DNA of 64,000 bases, from NCBI GenBank assembly GCA_018715625.1, contig DVLG01000035.1, positions 24,080 through 88,079 of the forward strand, in the 5' to 3' direction. This stretch comes from Candidatus Scatovivens faecipullorum (GTDB lineage Bacteria; Bacillota; Clostridia; TANB77; CAG-508). The notes under the pieces are model-generated. The model had not been told where the DNA came from. It did not search any database and saw only the letters and a program-made list of their open reading frames with translations. Positions 48,163 through 57,845 of this stretch are shown here, one piece after another (position 1 is the stretch's first letter; each line of letters starts with the position of its first letter). The translations under genes were made by a program, and so were the position numbers.

Positions 48163-48807
48163 TTAATCATAAAAATCTGTCCTAAATACACTTTCAAAAG
48201 TGCCATCACCTATAATAATATGATCTAATAATTTTATATCTAAAAATTTAGATGCATTCAAAACCTTTTTGGTAAATTCTATGTCTGTATTACTTGGAAC
48301 TGGATTTCCAGCTGGATGATTATGTACTAAAATTATTTTTGAAAATCCGAGCTTTATTGGCTCTGAAAGTATTGATTTTATATTTATTATAAGATTTTCT
48401 TCATTTCCAACAGCAAGACTTAAAATCTTTTTTATCTCATTTCTATTATTTAATACAACTTCTTTTAAGATTTCATTTCTCTCATTTTGTAGTTCTTCTA
48501 AAAATAATCTTGCTATATCTTCTCTGGTTTTTATTCTTATTTTTTTGTTTGTTAATGGTTTTGAAATTCTTCTAGCAATTTCTCCAATAGCCTTTAGTTC
48601 AATTGCTTTTACCTTTCCTATACCAAAGCTTTTCATAAGTTCTTGTATAGATAAAATTTGTAAAAATCTTAGGTTGTTAAATTCATCTATATTTTCTTTT
48701 ATTATATTATTTGCAATATCTAGTGCTGAACACTTTTTAGTTCCTGTTTTTATTATTATAGACAGAAGTTCTGCATCTGTAAGTTCTTTTTCTCCATACA
48801 TCAGCAT
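48163..48807 (-). CDS. radC: RadC-family JAB/MPN domain protein; its 5' end appears frameshifted (see finding)
   Basis: The JAMM motif HNHPAGNPVPSNTD is present. The N-terminal part LTDAELLSIIIKTG follows the RadC helix-hairpin-helix region. Confidence 0.8.
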   Translation of the reverse strand: MLMYGEKELTDAELLSIIIKTGTKKCSALDIANNIIKENIDEFNNLRFLQILSIQELMKSFGIGKVKAIELKAIGEIARRISKPLTNKKIRIKTREDIARLFLEELQNERNEILKEVVLNNRNEIKKILSLAVGNEENLIINIKSILSEPIKLGFSKIILVHNHPAGNPVPSNTDIEFTKKVLNASKFLDIKLLDHIIIGDGTFESVFRTDFYD

Positions 48808-48883
48808 TTTTTCATAAGGTCTTTCTCCGTACTGAATTTTCTTTTATATTTTCCATGCTTTCCTTTCTGTCTGTATTATGCCT

Positions 48884-49142
48884 CTATATTTTTCTATACC
48901 AAAATATTGCTATAGCAAGTCCAATAATACTTGCTATATTTATTTTAAACATACAACTAAATGATATTTTTAACATACTTAAATCCAAAACTAAAGGAGT
49001 TGAAAGTCCAAATTCTTGTCCGTATCCTAACCACCAAAGCCAAGACACGCTTTTAGCAAATTCCCCTAGTAATCCGACCTAAAACTAAACCTGATAGTAA
49101 AAATATCATTAAAATCCAAATATTTTTCTCTTTTGTTGCCAT
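48884..49142 (-). pseudogene. DUF4321-like small membrane protein interrupted by a +1 frameshift near 49077
   Basis: ATG 49142 follows GGAGG. Frame 1 gives MATKEKNIWILMIFLLSGLVLG and then stops. The +1 frame continues (V)GLLGEFAKSVSWLWWLGYGQEFGLSTPLVLDLSMLKISFSCMFKINIASIIGLAIAIFWYRKI*. The span is 259 nt, which is 86 codons plus 1. Confidence 0.6.
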
Positions 49143-49386
49143 TTGTACCTCCATTTTTCTTACGGAAATTTGTATTTTTTACCACTATATTATATATGCA
49201 TACCCATAAATTTTCAAGTGATTTATAGAGTTTTTGTAATTAATTTTTTATAATATTTTTTTACTTATTAACTGTAATTTATAATATTTTTTTACATATA
49301 ATTAATGGAAAATAATTTATACATTTTTTAACATTTACTTTTATTTTAAAAGTTGTATAATCAAATTATATATGGAGGTAGCAAGA

Positions 49387-50100
49387 ATGAAAATAGAAAA
49401 AGTTGATGAAAATAAAATAAAGATAAGCTTTGATTATAGTGAACTTGAAGAAAATAATATTTCTGTTCATTCATTCTTATCTAACTCTTATAGTACGCAA
49501 AAACTATTTCTTGCAATACTTGATATTGCAAATGAGGAGTTCGGATTTAATGCAAAAAATTGTAAAATTTCTTATGAAACCATATCTTTTGATAATAAAG
49601 AATTTTTAGTAATAATTACAAAATCAACAAATTCTTTGGAGTCTAATAACCTCTCACCATATAATTTATTAGAAATCTGTAACAAAAACAATTTTAACAA
49701 ATCCTATAGTAATACTATCAAAAATGATAATTACCTTACTTCTGAAAAAGATTCAGAAATAGACTCTTATAGCTTAAGCTGCCCTATATATAATATAAAA
49801 AATGATACACAAATTTTACTTTATGAATTTGATACTATGAAAGAATTATATTCATTTTGTGATTATTTAAAAAACTCACTTTCTCAAGAAGATTTTAAAA
49901 ATTCTTTGTATCAATATGATAACAAATTTTTCTTAGAAATTAATTTTGAAAATTTGAAACTTAATGACATAAAAAAAATAACTTCTATAATATCTGAATA
50001 TAAAAATTTCTTGATTATTAGTCGTCTCACAATTTGTAAACTTAAAGAATGTGCTAATTTGATTATAGAAGACAATGCAATTCAATTATTAGAAAACTAA
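49387..50100 (+). CDS. mecA: adaptor protein MecA-like
   Basis: MKIEKVDENKIKISFDYSELEENNISV resembles the MecA N-terminus (MEIERINEHTVKFYMSYGDIEDRG). ATG 49387 lies behind GGAGG, and the track start at 49372 contains that RBS. Confidence 0.65.
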   Translation: MKIEKVDENKIKISFDYSELEENNISVHSFLSNSYSTQKLFLAILDIANEEFGFNAKNCKISYETISFDNKEFLVIITKSTNSLESNNLSPYNLLEICNKNNFNKSYSNTIKNDNYLTSEKDSEIDSYSLSCPIYNIKNDTQILLYEFDTMKELYSFCDYLKNSLSQEDFKNSLYQYDNKFFLEINFENLKLNDIKKITSIISEYKNFLIISRLTICKLKECANLIIEDNAIQLLEN

Positions 50101-50160
50101 TATTTTAACTTTAAAAATTTTGATAATTAACTATTTATTTAAACTTCTAACCATACAAAA

Positions 50161-50186
50161 AAGAGTTTTGATTTCTCAAAACTCTT
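50161..50186. terminator. bidirectional terminator between mecA and the M23 peptidase gene
   Basis: An 11-bp stem AAGAGTTTTGA / TCAAAACTCTT with a 4-nt loop. An A-run lies upstream and a T-run downstream. Confidence 0.6.
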
Positions 50187-50193
50187 TTATTTT

Positions 50194-51180
50194 TTATCGA
50201 TAAAGATATGTCTGTGGGTTTCTAACTGCATCATTCACTCTAATTTCTAAGTGTAAATGTGGTCCAGTTGAATTACCAGTTGAACCTACTGCAGCTATTG
50301 TTTCTCCTTGTGATACATTTTGCCCTACATTTACATATAGCTTACTGCAGTGAGCATAATAAGTTTTAACTGAATCTGTATGTTGAACAACTACCAGATT
50401 TCCATAAGATCCTTTCCATCCTGAATATATTACTGTACCAGATGCAGCTGCTTTTATAGGTGTTCCTGATGATGTAGCTATATCTAATCCTGTATGTGTT
50501 CCTCTAGATCTGCTTCCAAATCTTGAACTAATTATACCTCTAACTGGTTCAATTAAAGCTACTCCTAAAGGACCTTTATTAGTATCTATATTTTTGGTAG
50601 TAACAATTTTTTTAGGTGCTTTAAACACTGGAGTTTCAACATACAAAGCTGCAACTGCAGCATCTTTTCCTGTAAATTGTTTTAATTCTGTTTCATACTT
50701 TAATTCATAAGTTATTTCATTTTGATTTTTACTATTTTTATTTTTTAATTCATTTACTATTGCATCTGCTTCTTCATAAGTAGATACATAATATTTTTCT
50801 TCCCCATTATCTAGTATTGCATAATATTTATAATAAGGAACACCAGAACTAACTACTTTATCAAAAATTTCATCGTCATTTGCTGTTAATCCTTTTTGTA
50901 ATAAACACAAATCATATTCTGGTAAATCATCTACTTCAACAAAAGCAACATTCTTATTATCTCCACTATCTAAGTAATTTGTAATCTTCTTTTGTAATTT
51001 ACTCTTATCTTCAGTATATCCTATAAATTCACCATTTAAGGATACACTATACATTGGTTTATATACGACAAAAACTATAAAACCTATAATTGCAAGACCT
51101 ACTAAAAACATAATAATTAATTTTATCCATGTTCTAAGGTAAATTACAATATTTTTTAAAACGCTAGTTATTGTCACCAC
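50194..51180 (-). CDS. M23 family metallopeptidase with N-terminal membrane anchor
   Basis: The LytM-type motifs HTGLDIA and GSTGNSTGPHLHLEI are present, along with an N-terminal TM helix. Confidence 0.8.
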   Translation of the reverse strand: MVTITSVLKNIVIYLRTWIKLIIMFLVGLAIIGFIVFVVYKPMYSVSLNGEFIGYTEDKSKLQKKITNYLDSGDNKNVAFVEVDDLPEYDLCLLQKGLTANDDEIFDKVVSSGVPYYKYYAILDNGEEKYYVSTYEEADAIVNELKNKNSKNQNEITYELKYETELKQFTGKDAAVAALYVETPVFKAPKKIVTTKNIDTNKGPLGVALIEPVRGIISSRFGSRSRGTHTGLDIATSSGTPIKAAASGTVIYSGWKGSYGNLVVVQHTDSVKTYYAHCSKLYVNVGQNVSQGETIAAVGSTGNSTGPHLHLEIRVNDAVRNPQTYLYR

Positions 51181-51388
51181 CCCTTTGTATTATTTTCAAA
51201 AACATTTTATATTTTTAAAAAGTTAAAAGCAACTTTAAAAAAAACTAACAATCGGTCAGTTTTTTTACAAAAGCTCTTTTTTACTCTTTTTATGTTAATT
51301 TTTCTTATTTTGAAAAAATGTTTTATCTGTATTTAGATTATAATATTTACTAGATAATGTCAATACTAAAATTTGGAAAAAATAAAAA

Positions 51389-51416
51389 TACTTTCTAAGA
51401 AAAATCTTAGAAAGTA
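51389..51416. terminator. 12-bp perfect hairpin terminator downstream of the coat-F gene pair
   Basis: TACTTTCTAAGA / aaaa / TCTTAGAAAGTA, with A/T runs on both sides. Confidence 0.55.
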
Positions 51417-51422
51417 TTTTTT

Positions 51423-51671
51423 CTATGAATTTGTAAGTTCATTTTTTACTGTTGTAATCTCATCTTGTGTAGCATTTTGAGCAGGTGTGTAGTATCCTTT
51501 TGACTCTGCTAATTTAAAAAGTTCATATTGAAAACTTTCAGAAGAATTTCTTAAATTTTGCAAAGTTTGTCTTAATTCCATATTAGCTGTTTCTAATATT
51601 GCACCTTCAAAATCTTTCAATGTTGATTTCGTTGATGATAATACATCATTTACAATAGCTTTTTCTTCCAT
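51423..51671 (-). CDS. spore coat protein, CotF (Coat F domain) family
   Basis: IVNDVLSSTKSTLKDFEGAILETANMELRQTLQNLRN...ELFKLAESKGYY matches the Coat F domain pattern as recalled. Confidence 0.65.
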   Translation of the reverse strand: MEEKAIVNDVLSSTKSTLKDFEGAILETANMELRQTLQNLRNSSESFQYELFKLAESKGYYTPAQNATQDEITTVKNELTNS

Positions 51672-51680
51672 TTTACCCTC

Positions 51681-51866
51681 CTATCCTAAAAAAGACATTA
51701 ATTTTTGTTTTGAATTTAATGTATCCTGTGCTGCTTTATTTAATATTTGCTTAATTTGTGGATCTACAGCTGAGTCAGCATAATGTGTTAATTTAGCATA
51801 GGAATTTTCTTGTGCACCTATAAAGTGACGTAAATTTTGTAATTCTACTTGATTTAATGTACTCAT
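51681..51866 (-). CDS. small spore-coat-associated protein (61 aa), partner of the CotF-family gene
   Basis: It is tightly linked, 9 nt upstream of the CotF-like gene. The helical sequence is LQNLRHFIGAQENSYAKLTHYADSAVDPQIKQIL. The assignment is by context only. Confidence 0.4.
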   Translation of the reverse strand: MSTLNQVELQNLRHFIGAQENSYAKLTHYADSAVDPQIKQILNKAAQDTLNSKQKLMSFLG

Positions 51867-51963
51867 TTTCTCATCCTTTCTTTTTTTCTTATTATTCTTC
51901 TTTTTTTATTTTTTTATTCATGTTTAATATTTTTTTAATATTTTAATCTTTTTCTTTTCGTTA

Positions 51964-51993
51964 TTGACAAATATACATATTTTGTTTTATAAT
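51964..51993 (+). promoter_or_regulatory. consensus sigma-A promoter for tRNA-Lys
   Basis: TTGACA (51964-51969), an 18-nt spacer, then TATAAT (51988-51993). It lies about 20 nt upstream of the tRNA 5' end. Confidence 0.6.
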
Positions 51994-52014
51994 GTATTCT
52001 GCAAGTGAAAATAT

Positions 52015-52090
52015 GCGCCATTAGCTCAGTTGGTAGAGCAGTTGACTCTTAATCAAATGGTCGGAGGTTCGAATCCTCTATGGCGCACCA
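52015..52090 (+). tRNA. tRNA-Lys (anticodon CUU), CCA encoded
   Basis: The cloverleaf was read by eye. The acceptor stem is GCGCCAT/ATGGCGC and the D arm is GCTC-AGTTGGTA-GAGC. The anticodon loop is CT-CTT-AA and the T arm is GGAGG-TTCGAAT-CCTCT. The discriminator A and CCA follow. Confidence 0.9.
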
Positions 52091-52117
52091 AGCAGTAGCT
52101 AAAGCTACTGCTTTTTT
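52091..52117 (+). terminator. rho-independent terminator of the tRNA gene
   Basis: A 9-bp stem AGCAGTAGC / GCTACTGCT with loop TAAA, then a T-run. It overlaps the dps stop codon. Confidence 0.65.
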
Positions 52118-52553
52118 ATTCCATATATTGTTTTAGCATCCATAATTTTTTACTATAATCTGCAATTATTCCATCTATAAGTGAAGATGTCTTATATTCA
52201 ATAATATCATCTGCTGTTTTCTTTATACAAACTGCATCTTCTAATAGCGTAGTAAAATCTTTTATAATTTCTGTAAAAATTTCTTTTGAACATATTTTTT
52301 TGTTTTCAGCTTCTTTTAACTTAGTTGAGCTTAAATAATCTTTCATTGTTCCTAATGGCTCTCCACCTATTGATAATATATGTTCTGCTATTTCATCTAT
52401 TTCTTCATTAATATCATTGTAATACTCTTCTAATTTTTCATGAACCACAAAAAAATCACAACCTTTTATATTCCAATGATAATTTTGTAATTTTCTGTAT
52501 AAAACATTCAAATCACTTAAAAAAATATTCAAATCTTTTAATAATTTTTCCAT
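52116..52553 (-). CDS. dps: Dps family DNA-protection / ferritin-like protein
   Basis: LYRKLQNYHWNIKG..FFVVHEKLEEYY and the downstream DEIAE motif are typical of the Dps ferroxidase site. Confidence 0.8.
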   Translation of the reverse strand: MEKLLKDLNIFLSDLNVLYRKLQNYHWNIKGCDFFVVHEKLEEYYNDINEEIDEIAEHILSIGGEPLGTMKDYLSSTKLKEAENKKICSKEIFTEIIKDFTTLLEDAVCIKKTADDIIEYKTSSLIDGIIADYSKKLWMLKQYME

Positions 52554-52620
52554 AATTTCTCTCCTTTTCTTTAATCTGTAACTATTATGGACTAATTTTC
52601 ATAAGTTTATACATAAAAAA

Positions 52621-52650
52621 AGAAATACTCCAAAAAATTGGAGTATTTCT
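52621..52650. terminator. terminator downstream of ftsH
   Basis: An 11-bp stem AGAAATACTCC / GGAGTATTTCT, extendable by A:T pairs, with an A-run and a T-run flanking it. Confidence 0.55.
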
Positions 52651-52678
52651 TTTTAGTATTTAATTAGATTCTGGAAGT

Positions 52679-54514
52679 TTAAGAATTCATTATTTCTTCA
52701 AATTCTTCTCCATCTATCTTTTCTTTTTCTAATAGAACATTTGCTACCTTATGCAATTTTTCCATATTTGCATTTAGTATATCTTCTGTTCTTTTATATG
52801 CTGTATCTATAATTCTCTTTACTTCTTCATCAATTAATCCTGATGTTTCTTCGCTAAAATTCTTTTGTTGAGCAAAATCTCTTCCTAGGAATACTTCTTC
52901 CTGTCCTGAACCAAATGTAATTGCTCCTAGTCTCTCACTCATACCATATTTAGTAACCATTGCTCTTGCAATTTTAGAAGCTCTTTCTATATCATTACTT
53001 GCTCCTGTAGAAATATCTCCTAAAACTAAGCTTTCTGCAACTCTACCACCTAACAATGATATAATTTGTTCTTCCATTTCAGATTTACTCATAAATTGTC
53101 TATCTTCTGATGGTCTATACATTGTATAACCACCAGCCATACCTCTTGGTATAATAGAAATTTGATGTACATCATCTTGTGTTGGTAAGAATTTACTTGC
53201 AACAGCGTGACCTGCCTCATGGAAAGCAACAAGTTTTTTCTCTTTATCACTTATTACTCTTGATTTCTTTTCAGGTCCCATTGTAACTTTAACCATAGCA
53301 TCTTCTATTTCTTGCATTCCAATTTCTTGTTTATCTCTTCTTGCAGCAAGTAAAGCAGCTTCATTTAAAATATTCTCTAAATCAGCTCCAACAAAACCTG
53401 CTGTGTTTTTTGCTATTGTTGATAAATCAACATCTTCTGCTAATTTTTTCTTTCTTGCATGAACTTTTAATATTTCTTCTCTTGCTTTTACATCAGGAGA
53501 TCCAACAACTATTTGTCTATCAAATCTTCCAGCTCTTAACAAAGCTTTATCTAAAACATCTGGTCTATTTGTTGCTGCAAGTACAATAACACCTTCATTT
53601 GCTGCAAAACCATCCATTTCTACTAATAATTGGTTTAATGTTTGTTCTCTTTCGTCATGTCCCCCACCAAGTCCAGCTCCTCTTTGACGTCCTACAGCAT
53701 CAATTTCATCTATAAATATAATACATGGTGCATTTTTCTTTGCTTGTTCAAATAAATCTCTTACTCTTGATGCACCAACACCAACAAACATTTCAACAAA
53801 ATCAGAACCACTAATAATGAAGAATGGTACTCCTGCTTCTCCAGCAACAGCTTTTGCAAGTAATGTTTTACCTGTTCCTGGATGACCAACTAATAAAACA
53901 CCTTTTGGAATTCTTGCACCCATATCTGTAAATTTCTTTGGTGATTTTAAAAAGTCTACTATTTCTGCCAATTCTTCTTTTTCTTCATCTATACCTGCAA
54001 CATCTTTAAATGTCACTTTTGTTTTACTATCATTTGTGTTTAATATTCTAGCTTTACTTTTTCCAAATGACATTGACTTATTACCACTTTGGTTAGGATT
54101 CATAAGTAATATCCAGAATAATAAGAAAATAATTAATATAACAAATGGAGAAAAAGCACTAAAAACAGTAAGTAAAATTGACTCTTCTTCTTGATTTAAA
54201 GTAAGTTGACCTGCTGCTAGATTATCAGAAATTTGCTCCATAAATGTATCTATACTTGGTATAACTACTTCTTTTTCTAAATTTCTGATTGTATTTGAAT
54301 TACTTGTTGAATTTTCTGCATCTTTCATAGTAACATAGGCTACTGTTTTATCAGAAGATATATTTATTTCTGATACTTCTCCTAAAGATATTTTATTCAT
54401 TAATTCTGAATAACTCATCTTTGTGTTAGGATTATTAAATACAGAATTTAATACTACAATAAAAATTATTCCTATTACTAGCCATACTGCTAGTGTCTTA
54501 ATTCCATTTTTCAA
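52679..54514 (-). CDS. ftsH: ATP-dependent zinc metalloprotease FtsH
   Basis: There are two N-terminal TM helices. The Walker A motif is GHPGTGKT and the Walker B motif is IIFIDEID. The SRH region and the zinc site HEAGH are present. Confidence 0.95.
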   Translation of the reverse strand: MKNGIKTLAVWLVIGIIFIVVLNSVFNNPNTKMSYSELMNKISLGEVSEINISSDKTVAYVTMKDAENSTSNSNTIRNLEKEVVIPSIDTFMEQISDNLAAGQLTLNQEEESILLTVFSAFSPFVILIIFLLFWILLMNPNQSGNKSMSFGKSKARILNTNDSKTKVTFKDVAGIDEEKEELAEIVDFLKSPKKFTDMGARIPKGVLLVGHPGTGKTLLAKAVAGEAGVPFFIISGSDFVEMFVGVGASRVRDLFEQAKKNAPCIIFIDEIDAVGRQRGAGLGGGHDEREQTLNQLLVEMDGFAANEGVIVLAATNRPDVLDKALLRAGRFDRQIVVGSPDVKAREEILKVHARKKKLAEDVDLSTIAKNTAGFVGADLENILNEAALLAARRDKQEIGMQEIEDAMVKVTMGPEKKSRVISDKEKKLVAFHEAGHAVASKFLPTQDDVHQISIIPRGMAGGYTMYRPSEDRQFMSKSEMEEQIISLLGGRVAESLVLGDISTGASNDIERASKIARAMVTKYGMSERLGAITFGSGQEEVFLGRDFAQQKNFSEETSGLIDEEVKRIIDTAYKRTEDILNANMEKLHKVANVLLEKEKIDGEEFEEIMNS

Positions 54515-54638
54515 AATCTAATTCCTCCCAATATTTTGTATGCATAAAATATAGCATAGCATTTTTCCATTTGCAATAGCTTTTTTCAAAAGAAATATGT
54601 CTGTAATATTAGCATTTTTAAAGTATTACGGAAGCTCA

Positions 54639-55658
54639 TTATGCACGCTCAACATATATTTTTTTATTTTTTATTACAATTTTGGTTCTCTTATTTGGAG
54701 TTAAAAATTTATTGCCAATATTATTGTTACATAATTTTATAATATCTTCTATATGTACCTTTTCTATTCCTTTAGTTGAGCCAAAAAGCTTATTTATAGC
54801 ATATAATATTATTCTTTTTTGTATAGCTTTATCTTCTTTGTTAAATTTCTTTAAGTCTAATATAATTTTAGCCTCTTTTTCATTATTATATACATCTTTT
54901 TTTGAAATATTTTCCTCTATACAAATATTTTCATAGGCATTTTTAGTCTGAATATCTAAATAATTAATATCGTCTTTTACTATATCTGATAATCTTAAAA
55001 TTGTATCTATAATGTTAGGATTTAATTCTTTCTTTATATACGGAATAGCAATATTTCTAATCTTATTTCTAGTATAAAAATTTTCATCATTTGATTCATC
55101 ATGTCTTGGATTTAAATTTTCCTCTTCGCAATATTCTTCTATTTCTTCTCTTTTTGCTTCTATTAAAGGTCTTATATATTTTCCATTAACAGCTTCTATT
55201 CCTTTTATTCCACTTAATCCAGATCCTCTTACTATATTCATAATTATTGTTTCAACATTATCATTTGTGTTATGAGCTATTGCAATTTTATTTGCCCCTA
55301 TTTTATTTTGTACTTCATCAAAAAAGTCATATCTTATTTTTCTTCCAGTTTCTTCTAATCCTCTACCATATTTATTCGCTAATTCTTTCACATTTTCATG
55401 AAGAATAAAACATGGTACATCAATTTTCTTGCAAAAATTAAGAACAAATTCTTCGTCTATTTTTGCATTTTCTCTAATTCCATGGTTAATATGTGCAACC
55501 ACAATTTCAAACTCTATTTTTTTACTATTTTTAATTTTATTTAATATATTTAACATAGATAATGAATCTGGTCCACCAGAAACTCCTAAAACCAGTTTAT
55601 CTCCATTTTCTATTAAATTAAATTTTTGTATTGTATTTAGAACTTTTTCTTCTAACAT
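54639..55658 (-). CDS. tilS: tRNA(Ile)-lysidine synthetase TilS (short form)
   Basis: The PP-loop is LGVSGGPDSLSML. It is followed by HINHGIR and AHNTNDNVETI motifs. Confidence 0.85.
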   Translation of the reverse strand: MLEEKVLNTIQKFNLIENGDKLVLGVSGGPDSLSMLNILNKIKNSKKIEFEIVVAHINHGIRENAKIDEEFVLNFCKKIDVPCFILHENVKELANKYGRGLEETGRKIRYDFFDEVQNKIGANKIAIAHNTNDNVETIIMNIVRGSGLSGIKGIEAVNGKYIRPLIEAKREEIEEYCEEENLNPRHDESNDENFYTRNKIRNIAIPYIKKELNPNIIDTILRLSDIVKDDINYLDIQTKNAYENICIEENISKKDVYNNEKEAKIILDLKKFNKEDKAIQKRIILYAINKLFGSTKGIEKVHIEDIIKLCNNNIGNKFLTPNKRTKIVIKNKKIYVERA

Positions 55659-55764
55659 TTTCTCCTCCTTCTAAGGCAAAAGATATTTGTCATAAAATTT
55701 TACAACAATTATCTATATTTTGCAACTACTTTAATTAGTTATATATAACATAAAAGTTATAAGA

Positions 55765-55800
55765 AAGAAAGAGAAAAGCTTATTCTCTTTTCTCTTTCTT
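55765..55800 (-). terminator. 14-bp hairpin immediately after the dnaB stop
   Basis: AAGAAAGAGAAAAG / CTTTTCTCTTTCTT with an 8-nt loop. The U-tract on the minus strand is weak. Confidence 0.4.
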
Positions 55801-57141
55801 TTAACCTTCTTCAAAATATCTTCTCTCTAAATTTGCAAATTTCGTATAACTTGGAAGCCATGCTAAATCAACAGTTCCTGTTGAACCTCCCCTATGTTTT
55901 GCAAGTATTACTTCTGCTACATTTTTTTTCTCACTATCTTCATTATAATAATCATCTCTATATAAGAAAATTACTATATCTGCATCTTGTTCTATTGCTC
56001 CTGATTCTCTTAAGTCTGAAAGCATTGGCCTTTTATCATCACGTTTTTCTACACCACGAGAAAGCTGAGATAAAGCAATAACAGGAATATTTAACTCTTT
56101 TGCAAGTATTTTTAAAGATCTACTAATTTCAGAAATTTCTTGTTCACGGCTAGAATTTCTATTTCCACTCCCCTGAATTAATTGCAAATAATCTATTACA
56201 ACTAATCCTATATCTTTTTCTATTTTTAGTTTTCTACATTTTGCACGAATTTCCATTATTGATATTCCTGCTGTATCATCTATATAAATAGGTGCTTCAG
56301 ATAATCTTCCAAGTGTTGAAGCAAGTTTTACCCAATCATCATCTTCTACTTGACCTGTTCTTATTTTATTGCTATCTACCATTGCTTCACTACATAAAAT
56401 TCTATTTCCTACTTGTTCTTTAGACATTTCTAAATTGAATATAGCAACACCTTTACCTGCCTGCAAAGCTACATTTGTTGCTATATTTATGGCAAATGCA
56501 GATTTACCCATTGCAGGTCTTGCTGCAACAATTATTAAATCTGAATCATGAAGTCCTGAGGTTCTTAAGTCTAAATCCGCAAAACCTGTTGGAGTCCCGC
56601 TTAATTTTCCTTTTTGATTGTATAGCTCTTCAAGTTTTGCAAAAGATTCTACTAAAACATCTTTTATTGAAGTGTATCCTTTAGAGTTCTTTTTTTGGGA
56701 CAAATCAAAAATTTTCTTTTCTGCCATATCCATAATTCTATCTACATCTTCTGTTTCATCATAGCCTAAAGCTACAAGTTCATTAGCAGAATTTATAAGA
56801 CTTCTAAGCATTGCTTTTTCATCAACTATTTTTATATATTTTTCTACATTTGAAGTTGTTGGAACTCTTTCAGGAAGACTTGCTAAATATTCTAATCCAC
56901 CAACTCTTTCAAAATTTCCATTTTCTATTAACTCTGCTTTTACTGTTATTATATCTATTGGTTCACTTTTTGCATATAAACTTAATATTGCAGAATATAT
57001 TGCTTTATTATCCTCTCTATAAAAAGCTTCTGCTTTTAAAACTTCAATTGCACTAATAACAGAATCCCTATCTGTTAACATACAACCTAAAATAGCTTGT
57101 TCTGCTTCAATATCATGTGGTGGTACTTTTCCCAAATCCAT
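55801..57141 (-). CDS. dnaB: replicative DNA helicase DnaB
   Basis: PPHDIEAEQAILG is at the N-terminus. The Walker A motif is ARPAMGKS. The motifs IDYLQL and SQLSR are present. Confidence 0.95.
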   Translation of the reverse strand: MDLGKVPPHDIEAEQAILGCMLTDRDSVISAIEVLKAEAFYREDNKAIYSAILSLYAKSEPIDIITVKAELIENGNFERVGGLEYLASLPERVPTTSNVEKYIKIVDEKAMLRSLINSANELVALGYDETEDVDRIMDMAEKKIFDLSQKKNSKGYTSIKDVLVESFAKLEELYNQKGKLSGTPTGFADLDLRTSGLHDSDLIIVAARPAMGKSAFAINIATNVALQAGKGVAIFNLEMSKEQVGNRILCSEAMVDSNKIRTGQVEDDDWVKLASTLGRLSEAPIYIDDTAGISIMEIRAKCRKLKIEKDIGLVVIDYLQLIQGSGNRNSSREQEISEISRSLKILAKELNIPVIALSQLSRGVEKRDDKRPMLSDLRESGAIEQDADIVIFLYRDDYYNEDSEKKNVAEVILAKHRGGSTGTVDLAWLPSYTKFANLERRYFEEG

Positions 57142-57183
57142 ACTAACATCCCTCTTACTATATAGATTATTTACTTATTTTGA

Positions 57184-57633
57184 TTATTGTTTTGGCACTA
57201 CCATTACAGTTACCTTTGCCATAACCCCTTCATTTAATTTTATATCCACTTTACTTACTCCTGCAACTTTTATAGATTCAGAAAGTAAGACTTTTTTCTT
57301 ATCAACTATTATATTAAAATCTCTTTTTAATGCTTCTGCAATTTCTTTTGCAGTAACTGCTCCAAATAATCTACCATTTTCTCCAGCTTTTACTTCTATT
57401 TTAACAGTTATACTCTTCATTTTTTCTGCAATTTCTTTTGCTTCTTTCAAGTCTTCACCTTTTCTATATGCTATTGATTCATTTTTAGCTTTTAAATTAT
57501 TCATATTGCCACTATCTGCTGGCACAGCTAATTTTTTAGGAAATAAAAAATTTCTTGCATATCCATCAGCAGCATTAATAACTTGATCTTTTTTTCCAAC
57601 ACCTTTTATATCTTGTTTTAAAATAACCTTCAT
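57184..57633 (-). CDS. rplI: 50S ribosomal protein L9
   Basis: MKVILKQDIKGVGKKDQVINAADGYARNFLFPKKLA is canonical for L9. Confidence 0.95.
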   Translation of the reverse strand: MKVILKQDIKGVGKKDQVINAADGYARNFLFPKKLAVPADSGNMNNLKAKNESIAYRKGEDLKEAKEIAEKMKSITVKIEVKAGENGRLFGAVTAKEIAEALKRDFNIIVDKKKVLLSESIKVAGVSKVDIKLNEGVMAKVTVMVVPKQ

Positions 57634-57773
57634 TCTTATCCCCCTTTTCTTTTAAAAATATCTATATATATTCTTAAAACTACTACAATCATAAGCTTTA
57701 TGTATTGTATAACATTTAAGCATAAATTTCAAGTCGAAAAACATATATATTAACAACTTTCATAAATAACACA

Positions 57774-57801
57774 AAAACTCTTAAATCACTTTAAGAGTTT
57801 T
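57774..57801 (-). terminator. 12-bp hairpin downstream of gdpP
   Basis: AAAACTCTTAAA / tcac / TTTAAGAGTTTT. The trailing U-tract is modest. Confidence 0.4.
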
Positions 57802-57845
57802 TATTACAATTTTAAATTTTATTTTTTAGTAAATATTCAAAAATA

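Noticed and set aside
48855-49082. 75-aa plus-strand ORF
   Set aside because: It is antisense to the frameshifted DUF4321-like gene, which explains this DNA better.
52015-52090. tRNA-Lys as an integration site for a genomic island
   Set aside because: There is no integrase. There is no duplicated tRNA 3' end nearby. The flanking genes (dps, coat genes) look like core genes.
52091-52117. tRNA terminator hairpin also serving as the dps terminator
   Set aside because: On the minus strand the hairpin is followed by TGGTGCGCC rather than a U-tract, so it is probably unidirectional.
54515-54638. Absence of hpt between tilS and ftsH as an anomaly
   Set aside because: The tilS-hpt-ftsH order is common but not universal. 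A missing hpt here is ordinary gene-order variation and cannot be evaluated without the whole genome.
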